DNA from: Camelus dromedarius
Taxonomy: Eukaryota
Assembly (NCBI RefSeq): GCF_036321535.1
Contig: NC_087437.1
Span: 114,702,001 to 114,766,000 of the forward strand
Length of the DNA stretch: 64,000 nt
Direction of reading: 5' to 3'
Each line of letters opens with the position of its first letter. The stretch's first letter is position 1. Shown here piece by piece: positions 53,270 through 64,000 of this stretch. The position numbers and the translations under genes are program-made. The notes below the pieces were generated by a model. It made no database searches, had not been told where the DNA came from, and saw only the letters and a list, made by a program, of their open reading frames with translations.

Positions 53270-53917
53270 TGGAAATGTAGTCTTTATTCAGGTGTTCTTT
53301 TACTGAGGAAGAAAGGAACCCCCAATTCAAATTTGGGTAGCTCCTTTTAAAAAACATTTTATGTATTATATTTACATGGTGTTCGAAAGGAGAGTTTTTC
53401 TGCTAAAAAGAGTTTGGAAACGACCGTATAGTACTGTATTTCCCCTTCTTCCTGGCAGTGATACCAACATATCTGCTCATTTAAACATTTCTCCTGATGT
53501 GTTGGCTTAGCTAGATGACAAAATACATAAAAATCAATACAAGCTTTCTGTTTTAACTTTTTTGCTGTTTTAGCTTTAGCTAATGAGTGTGCAAGAAATG
53601 AAAGTCATTATGATATCAACATAATTTTTATCTTGTTTTTTTTGGTTTTTAGGTCCCACTTGTTTTAGTCATGCTTTAATATTTTTTTTATTCTTTTAAT
53701 GTGGAAAGACAGAGGTGAAACTGAACAAGTGAATCTTTATAGAAAGCTATTGCTTTTTTTGTGGTGTGTTTTTTGGGTTTTTTTTTTTAATCTGATTTTT
53801 TTGATGGTAATTTTCACCAAGCAAGATTTTCTACATTTCTTAGCTTACATCTGCACTTTGACAATAGTATTTTAAAATTTTACGGTTATAAAATTAATTA
53901 AATAATTTTTTTGTCAG

Positions 53918-54075
53918 GTTGAATTATTGGAACTGGAAAAATCACAAATCCGTTCACAGTGTGAAGAGCTGAAAAATGAAATCGAACAATTAAAATCTAC
54001 AAGTCAACAGATGGGAGCAGATGTTTCAACTTCAAGTAACATTGAGGAGTCTGTAAATTATACTGATGGGGAAAG
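53918..54075 (+). CDS. MORC3: MORC3 exon 16 ([19 protein letters not shown]...TDGE)
   Basis: ttgtcag| and |gtaata. Confidence 0.95.
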
Positions 54076-55156
54076 GTAATATTAAATGAGGCATTTCTCT
54101 AGGTCTACAGTTCTGGTTAGCATGATAACTTAGTTGCTAGCACACATCAAACAGATTGTTCTTTCAAAGGAAGTTACTGACTGAAATTCCTTTCTATCTG
54201 CTAGAAGGTTGCTGCCCTATTCGAATGAATTTTTGCTCAAATAAACTCAAAAATAAAAAAAAGTTAACTGCTGTGGTCCCAACATTATGATAGACAGTTA
54301 CAAAAGAAGTGCATGTCATCATCTGTCCCTTCAAGGAACTAACAATTTAGGCTCAACTTAAGTGGAATAGGAATGTCAAAGGAATAAAGCTCTTGACTGG
54401 TCAGAGTGATTTGGAATGCTTGGGGAAAAGTGAAAATTGAACCAGATACTGAAGAACGGGTTGAATTAGGCAGTGACTAGAAGACAGTGGACTGTTTCAT
54501 GAAACTTACTTTTTCACCGTGATTTCCTTTACTTCTGTACTTGGCACCATTTCATTATGGTTTGCTAGCTCATTTTACTACATGCCCTCCTCAATTTTAA
54601 CTTTTAGGAGATCACAGAATTACATGGTACAGGGGATTAATTAGGAAGAAGTTCTGTGAAAATAAGAAAACAGTAAATGAATGATAACCTTCTCTGAATA
54701 AGATTTCAAATGGGCTTGGGGTTCTGACAGTGTTGGTGGTCTGTTGATAACTTACTATTCAGAAATTGTCATTAAGGGCTAAAATTGTGCAATTCTTCCT
54801 GCTAATATAAGACTTCATACCTAAAAGGTACTCTTGTTGAGAAATAATCTCCTACTATCCTCACTTGACATTAGATATATTATTACTTGGTTTTTTAGCT
54901 TAAGTTTTTTGAAGGATTTCGTTAAATCTGTTCATGGAAATAGAAAGGATAGAATAGTACCTATCAGCACGGAAGGCAGGGGGTCAGAAAAAAATCCTAA
55001 CTGGTGTTTCTGAAAATGGGAACCACAAGCATCTGTGGTGCTTATAAAAATGCAGATCCTTGGGCCCTGGAGTAGTTTATTAAATTGGAAACTTTCAAAC
55101 AATCAACTAGATGATTCACTTGTACACTAAACTTTGAGTAACTCACGAGCTTTTAG

Positions 55157-55455
55157 ACCTGTGCTTTTTCCGAAACAGTATAGCCACATTTGGCTGCTGA
55201 CACTTGAAATTTAGCTAGTCTGAATTGAGATGTGCTTTAAGTGTAAAATACATGCTGAATTTTGATACCCTGGTATTTAAAAAAATAAAATAAAATACCT
55301 CAGTATTTTGATTATATGATGAAATGATAGTATTTTAGCTACATTGGGTTAAATAAAATATGTAACAACATTTATTGTTTCATCTTAGTTTTTAATGTGG
55401 CTATTCAAACATTTTAAATAGCATATGGAACTCAGTATTTCTCTCAGTGCTGTTC
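55157..55455. mobile_element. hAT-Charlie DNA transposon (MER33-like)
   Basis: CACTTGAAATTTAGCTAGTCTGAATTGAGATGTGC...TTTAATGTGGCTA. Confidence 0.7.
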
Positions 55456-56602
55456 TATACACTAACATAGGGATCTGTGACGTGTCCCGCAGACAAGAGG
55501 AATTAGCCAGGACAGTCAGTAGACTATGAAAGGATCATACTGATCTTTTTGTCTACTTGTCATATAGAAATGGGCCTCTGATCGAAGATGAGTGGGAAAG
55601 CTTGGACAAGAAAACCACTGGTATGGGAATGATGTAAAATTTTATCAAAGACCCAGTGGAATCTTAAGCTCACAAAACATGCTTAAAATAACATTTTTGT
55701 GCCTTGTCAACCCAAAGATGAGCATCTTGCCCCATCAGAGATTTCCACCCTGGAAAGATCAGTATCTAAAATAAAATGGACTTACATTTTGAAGGGGGCA
55801 GAATAAGAGCATACGTTAACATTCTCTTGATCCACGTGTTTCACTCAGCTTCGAAGCAAAGGCTGCTGTGTGGCTGTAGGTATTTAAAGTCTAGAATGTT
55901 GATACTCACATACATGTATGTGCACCAGGAAGGAATGATAATCTAATCCAGGATTTCCCAATGTTTATAATAAATGCATAGTAAAATGGATAGTCAGTGA
56001 ACTTTAGCATATGATAGGTTCAAAGAAATCCTGCATTTTAAAATAAAGTCCTGTTTAACATTATTTAACCCAAAGTTTTATAAGTTTATTTGACCACAGA
56101 ACCATTTCTTTTTCCTTTTATACAACTATGGATATCTCACAGTACATGTTTTAGTGAATAATTCAGTTTACTTTCCTCAAAAGGAAGCTGAAATTCAAAG
56201 AGATGCATTCTTGTTCAATGTTCTCACTTAGTATAATATCACCATTGTTTTCCAGGTAATAACAAAATTTCCAGTTGTAAATAATGTATTGTAATAAATG
56301 TATTTTACCAGTCCACATTTTCTCCAGTCTCATATTAAAATTGTACTAGTTGGAACCAAATAGAGTGATTAGTTTTATGAAACACTCTATTTACCAACTG
56401 ATAAATTCTTAATTATTAGATTAAATTATGAATTAAGTTAAATGAATTATTCTGTTCTCTAGAGAAGTTTTGCTTTTCCTTTAGTTGTATATCATTCTAC
56501 AGAGATTCAATTTTAATGTTTTTCTTAAATATTAAGCCCTACATGACTATTAAACTGTTATTTATAATGTTCATCTAATAGGTGTAATATTTGTATTTGC
56601 AG

Positions 56603-56756
56603 CCTCAAACTTCGATCTCTTCGAGTTAACGTAGGACAGCTGCTGGCCATGATTGTACCTGATCTCGATCTTCAGCAAGTGAATTATGATGTTGATGTAG
56701 TTGATGAGATTTTAGGACAAGTTGTCGAACAAATGAGTGAAATCAGTAGTACTTAA
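56603..56756 (+). CDS. MORC3: MORC3 exon 17, coding part ([22 protein letters not shown]...EISST*)
   Basis: tttgcag| acceptor, TAA at 56754-56756. Confidence 0.96.
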
Positions 56757-58075
56757 AAGTATATTCTATGTGAGATAATAAAAATACCTGCTCAGCCCTT
56801 CTGGTTGTACAGCTTTCAGAGTGTGAACAACTTTGTTACAGATATGATAGGTAAACAGACTGAAGAACCACGATCTTTTCTGTATTCTATGCATTCAAGT
56901 GTGGACACAAGTATTGTGGACACATTATCCCACTTTTGAAATGCCCATGAATCATTGGTATTGAGCAGCTACTTAGCCAATTCATGATTTTGCTTTGAAA
57001 TGTAAATATTTGTAATTAAGTCTGCATATTTTTTTATTACCCTGGAGGACTCAAGTGTTTTTCACCATAGGTTTTCAGGTTGCCCCTAACCTTTGTGCAG
57101 TTTTCTGGTTCCCCAAAGTGTATTTTTCTCTGAATTGAGGGCTGTGCCATAACACAAATGGAAATGTTCCCTTTGATTTTCTTACAGAGAAGTTTAAAAC
57201 AGGGTTTTTAAAAATGGACTAACAGTCCTGATAAGTTGCAAGTGAATTGAGCATTAATGCTGCTTTTCTATAAATTCTTACCTCCTGAAATAAGGTAAGT
57301 AGAAACTCTATCCATTTTGCTAGGATTTTTTTGTGCTGAGATTGCCAATCATGGTTAAATAAAAGTGTTTTACAGAAAGAAGAAATGATCTTTAGTATAA
57401 AAAAAAGTATCAAAAGTATTTTATGTCCCGCCACATTTACTTTGAAGCCCATTTTTGGCTTAGTCCGCATGGAGTGGGCACAATAATTGTTTAACATTTC
57501 TTTTTGTGAAATTTCCTGTACAGCCTTTTGTAGGATTACTACAGGTTAATGTGAGTTGAGGAAGACAGTCTTTCTCCAACAGTACTGCAGATCTTTATAT
57601 TATATTACAGACCTAAGTGTTTTATATCCAGGAGTTAAGCAACAAACTTCCTAGGATCATAGTATTACATGCCATAAAAATTATGCTTTATTGGTCCCAT
57701 GTTTTGTGCAATTTGAAAGAGATGACTTTATTAAGTATAATTATGTATATATATATAATTAAGAATCATATTTTCCACAACTAAAATGTGCATTATTTTT
57801 TCAAAGTTTTATCATTGCTATTTATTTTTACTTTTGTTTCTGAACATTCAATATATGTTCTTTTTGTATGCTTAATTACATGTGTCATGTACAATATTAA
57901 ATTTCTACTGTACATTAATTTCTTAAATAAGCAAATAAATGAAGATTGTTTTTATTTGCTTGATAAAGTAATTGAAAGTGTATTTTTGGTATGAAGCTGG
58001 TTTTCTGTCACAATTGTATCTGCTCAAATTTTAAAATATCTTGTAATAAAATAAATATATATATGATGGCTAACT
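56757..58075 (+). other. MORC3: MORC3 3' UTR (end approximate)
   Basis: AU-rich with no recognisable repeats. AATAAA at 56777, 57358, 57934 and an overlapping pair at 58045-58055. Confidence 0.7.
58045..58055 (+). terminator. Probable distal MORC3 poly(A) signal (AATAAAATAAA)
   Basis: Two overlapping AATAAA hexamers preceded by TGTA elements. Confidence 0.6.
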
Positions 58076-58983
58076 CTTCAGATACTACTTTAAAGGAATT
58101 CTACATTCAAGATACATTTTGAAAGTTAAAATTGTATCTGTTAGGACCTTCAAGTTGAGCTCATTCTACTATATTAATTAGAAGTTATAGTTAGAAGACT
58201 AATGCTATTTGTTTCCATTAAGACTACAACTGAGCTCACCTTGAGAGTGTGTGTGTACATTTTACGCTCAAAAAGAAACTTTTTCTTAACCTAAAGAAAC
58301 CTTGCCTAAATGATAACTGTGTATAGCATGTCTAAGTTGTGAATATTTATGTAGCAGTTATTTCTGGAATTTGCTATTTTCTCCTTCCTTTTGGTCAGCT
58401 ATATTCTTGTAAAAATGCAGATTTTATATGGCTGTTAACTGGCTTAATGGAAAAGTTAATCATAGAATTTGTAAGAGAAACTTGCTTGCTAAAATGATTC
58501 TTTGGAAATACCTATTACTCACTCTTTAAGAAAATATTGCCAAGATACGATTCTTTGAAAATGTGGCTAACAAGGAGTTTAGCAGAAGAGTAACATGGGC
58601 TTTCATGGCATATGTAATTTTAAGGTAGAGATACCTTTTTTATTAAGTTAAATTTGTTAAAAGGCTAGTGTGGGAGGACAGTGTTGCTTAAACTCATTAC
58701 TACTTTAAAACAAAAACAGTATGAGAATGTAAACCAGAACAGTCCACAGTCCCTCCAAACAGGACCTGCTTTAGTCAGCTAAGGCTACAAAATCAGTAAA
58801 ACCTGTGTTCACATAGCAGGAACGATGTGGCATATCCATGTGTCCTTTATTTGGGCCTCAGATTCCTGATGTGGGTGGGTACTGCTGGTGACTCTGCCCA
58901 CGATCTCAGACACTTGATTCTTACTGTCACACAGCCCATTAGGTCATTGTTTGTCCTGGAGGAATAATTAAAGTGATGGGTAC

Positions 58984-59153
58984 CGGTGGTTCTCGCCACT
59001 GCCTACATTTTAGAATCACCTGGGGAGTTTTTAGGAACCCCAATGTAAGGATGCAACCCATACTAATTAAGAGTCTTTGGGGCTGGACCAAAGAATCAGG
59101 TGTTTTGTTTTGTTAAAGGCCTTCCAGTGCAGCACCATTGCTTAAAGCCATTG
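58984..59153. mobile_element. MER5A-like DNA transposon
   Basis: CGGTGGTTCTC...TTAGAATCACCTGGGGAG. Confidence 0.7.
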
Positions 59154-60103
59154 ATCTATACCCTCCAGTGTTGAATATTTACAAGTGTTGAACTCAAGTG
59201 GGTCTTGAAACAAACTCAGGATCTGCATGGCCACTTTCTCACTGGGGAAAGCAAGGATGGGGAGAGGGAAGCGGAGCTGGTGCCCAAGTTAGAAATGTAA
59301 GTGCAGCAGAATCATAAGAAGTGAAAAGACTTCCCCACTGCCTCCCTAAAGGTAACCACTGTTATTTTTCGATGTCCTTCCAGAAAATATTAGCTGCATA
59401 CACATACACATTCATATATATGCATTCAGTTTATATTAAATTTTATATCTTTATACTTGATTATATATTTGTATCAAATTTACACAAGTATTACACCATA
59501 TAATTGGTAATTCCATATTACTCTTTTGAACAGCTTTAGTACTGATACGAGTATGCTCCCAACGCTCATTTATTTCTCATCTTTTGATATTACAAAAAAT
59601 GCTGCTGTGAAAATTAATACATATCACAGGCTTTTTCAAGTATACCCAGAGTGTAAATTCCTTGTAGTGAATATTGGTAGGTCAAAGAGTGTATGCTATA
59701 TTAATTTTAATAAATGTTGCCATCCAAAAAGGTTGTATTTATACTCCTATGAAAAACAAATGTTTGAGCGTGTTTTTTTCTGTCCGTCAAACTTGCTAGT
59801 CTGATATGTGAAAAAATGGGAGCTTGCACTTCGTCTCAGGTTGAACATATTTTCATATGTTTTATTGGTCATTTTAATTCCTTTTTTCTGTGTACCAAAT
59901 CATCTCTGTCTATTCTCTTCTGTTGGGTTTTTTGTCTTACTGCTTTAAAGAAGCCAAATGCCCGTTAATGTGGCCACAAACTGCCCAGACAACTCCTAGC
60001 TTTCGGAAAATCCACAGGAGGTGAAATTGTACTTTGCACAGTGTCACATAAACAGACTCATTGGATTGGAGTCAGAGACCTGCCGGATTCATGCCTTTAT
60101 ACA

Positions 60104-60848
60104 CAGCTGGCCCTTGAACAATTCAGGGGTTATGGGTGCTGACTCCCATGCAGTCAAAAATCATGTATAATATGACTTTCCCCAAATTACTAATAATCAA
60201 CTGTTGAGCACAAGCCTTACCAATAAACAGTTAACATTTTGTATGTCATATATGTATCATATACTATATTTTTTACAATAAAACAAGCTAGAGAAAAAAG
60301 TTAAAATCATCAGGAAAATATGTTTACTGTACTGCCGAAGTTTGTCATCTGTTAAGAAGATGGACTCTCACCTTCCTTTGTGGTGGCCTAGTGTAATCCA
60401 TACAGTTGCTTCAAGGTAGCCTAGCTTGTACACTAGTCATAAAATTGTTACGGCATACAGTATTGCAGTCATATTCATAACACAGTATTGGAAACATTAA
60501 TATTTTTAAAAAACGACTTGGCTGTGATGATAGGCTGATATGCATTTTCTCCAATTCTGAGAAAGGCATACTGTATGGTAATGTAATTCTTTGAAAGCAA
60601 ACTTACAAAACAAAATTAATGCAGAAATTGTATACTAAATATCTTGTGCCTATGAAAGGTTAGTATCTACGTAAGTTTTATGCATTCATGACATTTACCT
60701 TTTTCTTAATTTTTTTTATTTTTCTAGACTATGTAGTTCATCTATTTTTTCATTGTAATCTCCCTCCAAAATTCCAATATATTTACTGAAAAATCTGCAT
60801 GTAAGTAAACCCATGCAGTTCAAACGCATGTTGTTCAGGGGTCAGCTG
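60104..60848. mobile_element. Tigger2-type TcMar non-autonomous DNA transposon
   Basis: Terminal inverted repeats CAGCTGGCCCTTGAACAA and TTGTTCAGGGGTCAGCTG (16/18 match), with TA at the right flank. Confidence 0.85.
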
Positions 60849-61764
60849 TATTTGTCTTTTGGACATTGGCCGCAGATCACGAAAGGAATGCCATTACTAT
60901 CCATCCACTTGGCATAGAGGAAAATATATATTATTTTTAGAATTAATTTTATGATCACAAAGTTAATTTACATATACTGGCCTCAGGAGAATGTCAAGAC
61001 AAGAGAAGACAGTCTTGGTAAATTCAAGCCGCTCAAAGATAGGTAAGTGTGGTCATGGAGAATGAATTTAACCATTATGAAACTGGAGTGTGAACCACAA
61101 ATAATTTCCTACACAAACGTGCTAGTAAGCATGGGTTGTGAGTAAATACAATTTCCTATTTCAAACACGTATAACAAGTTTAACCTCAAGGTACAGTGTT
61201 AATTTCTTGCAAAGCAGTCAAGACTCAACATGGTAACAATATATAGAATAGACTCAAAAGAACTTTTTACCTCAATCTGGCTAATATGTGTCTTCAATAT
61301 GTAAATACTATCCAGAACTCAGCCATACCTTCATAACAAAGTGTAATGGTGCTTTATACTCAGAAAGTACAAAGTGAGTCGAACAGTCTTCCTAATCTAT
61401 GGGTTTCCTGTTCAGTGCTATTGAAAATTGTGGCCGGTGTTTTGTACTGTGTGGCCTATGTTTTGAAAGTTTGTACTGTGATCTGAACCGGGGCTGACGA
61501 AGTAATTTGGACTTACTTTCTTTTTCTATATAGGCAGCTGTCCCATGTTCTTGTGACTCCCTTAGTGGAGAATCTCTCAAACGTGTTTGTGGGGACACTT
61601 GAGACTAGAAAGCATTGTTCCCAATTTGCTGTATGACTTTATGCATGTCACTTCTGGGGGAAGTGTTCATAGACTGAAGAACGGAAACTTGCTATGAGAT
61701 CCTCAGAGTTCCAGGAGTGTGAGTTGTCCAACTAGCTGCCAGCAGAAGTGACACAGTCTGACAC

Positions 61765-63220
61765 ATTGTTCAAGTCTTACGCTTCCTTGGTTAAATTTAT
61801 TCCTAAGTATTATTTTCATGCTATTGTAAATGGAATTTTTTCTCAGTTTCCTTTCTGAATGTTCATTGTTAGTTTAGAAATGGAACTGATTTTTTATGTG
61901 ATTTTGTATCCTGCATCTTTGCTGAATTCATTTATTCTAACATTTTTGTGTATGTGGAATACTTAGGGTTTTCTACATATAAAATCATGTCATGTTCAAA
62001 GAGATAGTTTGACTTCTCCCTTTCCAATTTTTATGTCTTTTATTTATTTTTCTTGCTTAATTGCTCTGGCTAGAACTGCCAATATTATGTTGAATAGACA
62101 TGGTGAAATTGGGCATTCTTGTCTTGTTCTTGCTCTTAGGGGAGAAGCTTTCAGTCTCACCATTGAGTATGCTGTTAGCTGTGGGTTATTCATACACTAC
62201 TGTTACCACATTGAGGAAGATTCTTTCCATTCCTGGTTTACTGTGTTTTTTTTAAAGCTTATTTTATTTAGTATTTATTTTTATCAAGCTTATATATGCA
62301 CATAGTTTAGAGAGCCAAACACTTTGCTGGGGGGGGGGGGTGGAATTGGATTTATTTACTTAAATGGAGGTACTGGGAATTGAACCAGGACCTCGTGCAT
62401 GCTAAGCATGTGCTCTATGACTGAGCTATACCTTCCCCTCTTTGTTGTTTTAATTATGAAATTATCTTGAATTCTGTGCAATGTTTTTTTTGCATCAAAT
62501 GAGGTGATAATGTGGAGTTTTTCCCCCTTCATTCCATTAATGTGGATGGCATGTTGATTGGTTTTTACATGCTGAGTTATTCTTGCATTTCAAGAATAAA
62601 TCCCACTTGGTCATAGTGTATAATCCTTTTAATATGTTGCTGAATTTGGTTTATTACTATTTGGGTTTTTTTTGCATCAATATGCATAATATTATTGGTC
62701 TGTGTTTTTCTTTTCTTGTGGTTTCTGTCTAGCTTTGGTATCAGGGTAATGTCAGCCTGATAGAATAAGTTAGGAAGTGTTTTCCTCCTGTTTAATTTTT
62801 TGAAAGAGTTTGGGAAAGATTAGTGTTAATTCTTTAAATGTTTGGCAGAATTCACCAGTGACTCCATCTATCCAGGTCTTTTCTTTGTTGGAAGGTTTTT
62901 ATTGAGTCAATTTCCTTACTAGTTTTAAGTCTATTCAGATTTTCTACTTCTTTGTGATTAAGTTTCGTAAGTTTTGTGTTTCCAGAAATTTGTCCATTTA
63001 TATAGGTATCCAGTTTTCTGGCATACAATTGCTCATAACAGTATTCTATTTATTTCCATAAGAATAATCCTTTTTATTATAACATCACTTTTCATGTCAC
63101 CACTTCCTTTTCTAATTTTAGTAATTTGAATTTTTTTCCTTAATCAGCCTAGCTAAGGTCAGTTTTGTTGATGTTTTCCAAAGAAACAACTTTTGGTTTT
63201 GTTGATTTTCTCTATTGTTC
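61765..63220 (-). mobile_element. L1 ORF2 fragment
   Basis: L1 reverse transcriptase-region phrases (TGCTCTGGCTAGAACT; AATTCACCAGTGACTCCATCT). Confidence 0.85.
62329..62440 (-). mobile_element. tRNA-Ala-derived SINE nested in an L1
   Basis: Same consensus with a G-run tail segment. Confidence 0.87.
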
Positions 63221-64000
63221 TTCTATGTTCTCTTGCCCCTCCTATATTTTGAAGCAAATTCTACATAGTATATAATATCATCTGTAAATAATGTAGTGTT
63301 ATCACTGAGTATGAGATTTAAAATTTTTCATTTCAGATTTTAAATAGGATTTTAAAACACAAAAATAATACTGTTATTGTACCTTAAATATTAATCATCC
63401 TCCAATATCAAATCTATTTAGTATTCAAATTTCTTTGGTCATCTCATAATTATTTTTCCAGCTGGTTTCTTCAAGTTGGGATCCAAAAGAAAACACATAC
63501 TGCATTTGGTTGATATGTTTCTAAAGTTTCTTTAGATTTGTAAGTTGTTCTTCCTTTATTTTCTTTCTTTTTAGTTATTGAAGAAATCAGAATATTTTTC
63601 CTTTAGTTCCCTCATTTTGTTACTGATTTAATTAAAAAATCTCTTATATTTTCTATAAACTAGTAGTTGGATCTACAGAGTTAATCACATTCAAGTTCTT
63701 TTTGATTTTTTTTTGAGTTCTTAGGCAGTACTATGTTCATCCTATTGCATCACATCAAGGGGTACATATGTGTATTTGTCTCTTTTTGCTACATTAAGAT
63801 CAATTCGTGAGTTAGTTTTGTCATCCAAATCCATCCTTTATGAAGTTCCCTATCATTCTTTTACATAATGATTTTTAGCATTCATTAACAATCACCTAGA
63901 TCCATTATTTTATTAGAAGCTGTGAAATGGTGATACTCATATTTTCAATTCCTTTTGAATTGCTGGGAAATCTATAGAGAAAACCTATTTAGTTATCCTC

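Larger units (their letters stand above)
21145..56756 (+). other. MORC3: MORC3 gene span (start to stop): MORC family CW-type zinc finger 3 (NXP2), 17 coding exons, 938 aa
   Basis: The exons listed below join in phase to 2817 nt. GHKL motifs AELIDNAYD, DNGNGM and GLYGNGFK, a CW finger, and C-terminus ...EQMSEISST*. The order DOP1B-MORC3 matches human 21q22 synteny. Confidence 0.98.

Noticed and set aside
58100..64000. Expected downstream neighbour CHAF1B
   Set aside because: No CpG island or recognisable exons are present. It presumably lies beyond the window.
1..64000. CRISPR arrays, prokaryotic operons, intact retroelements or horizontally acquired genes
   Set aside because: There are no regularly spaced repeats and no long ORF other than MORC3 exon 15. 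All mobile elements are truncated or degenerate.

Overview
Mammalian genomic DNA, most likely a camelid (alpaca/camel), judged from seven tRNA-Ala-derived Vic-1-like SINEs. The window holds two genes on the + strand. (1) The last five coding exons and 3' UTR of DOP1B/DOPEY2 (5932-10293). (2) The complete MORC3 coding region in 17 exons (ATG 21145, stop 56756). The MORC3 exons join in phase into 2817 nt / 938 aa, covering the GHKL ATPase-S5 module, a CW zinc finger and C-terminal coiled coils, and the gene starts in a CpG-island promoter. The rest is mostly L1, LTR/MaLR, MIR and DNA-transposon remnants. I found no convincing previously undescribed biological system. The most notable signals are: two minor-spliceosome (U12) introns in MORC3, one AT-AC and one GT-AG; two short local templated duplications inside MORC3, one of which copies an exon end plus its splice donor; a changed SUMO-site context; a hairpin downstream of DOP1B; and LTRs abutting the promoter. 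Gene and repeat names come from recalled homology, not a database search, and repeat boundaries are approximate.
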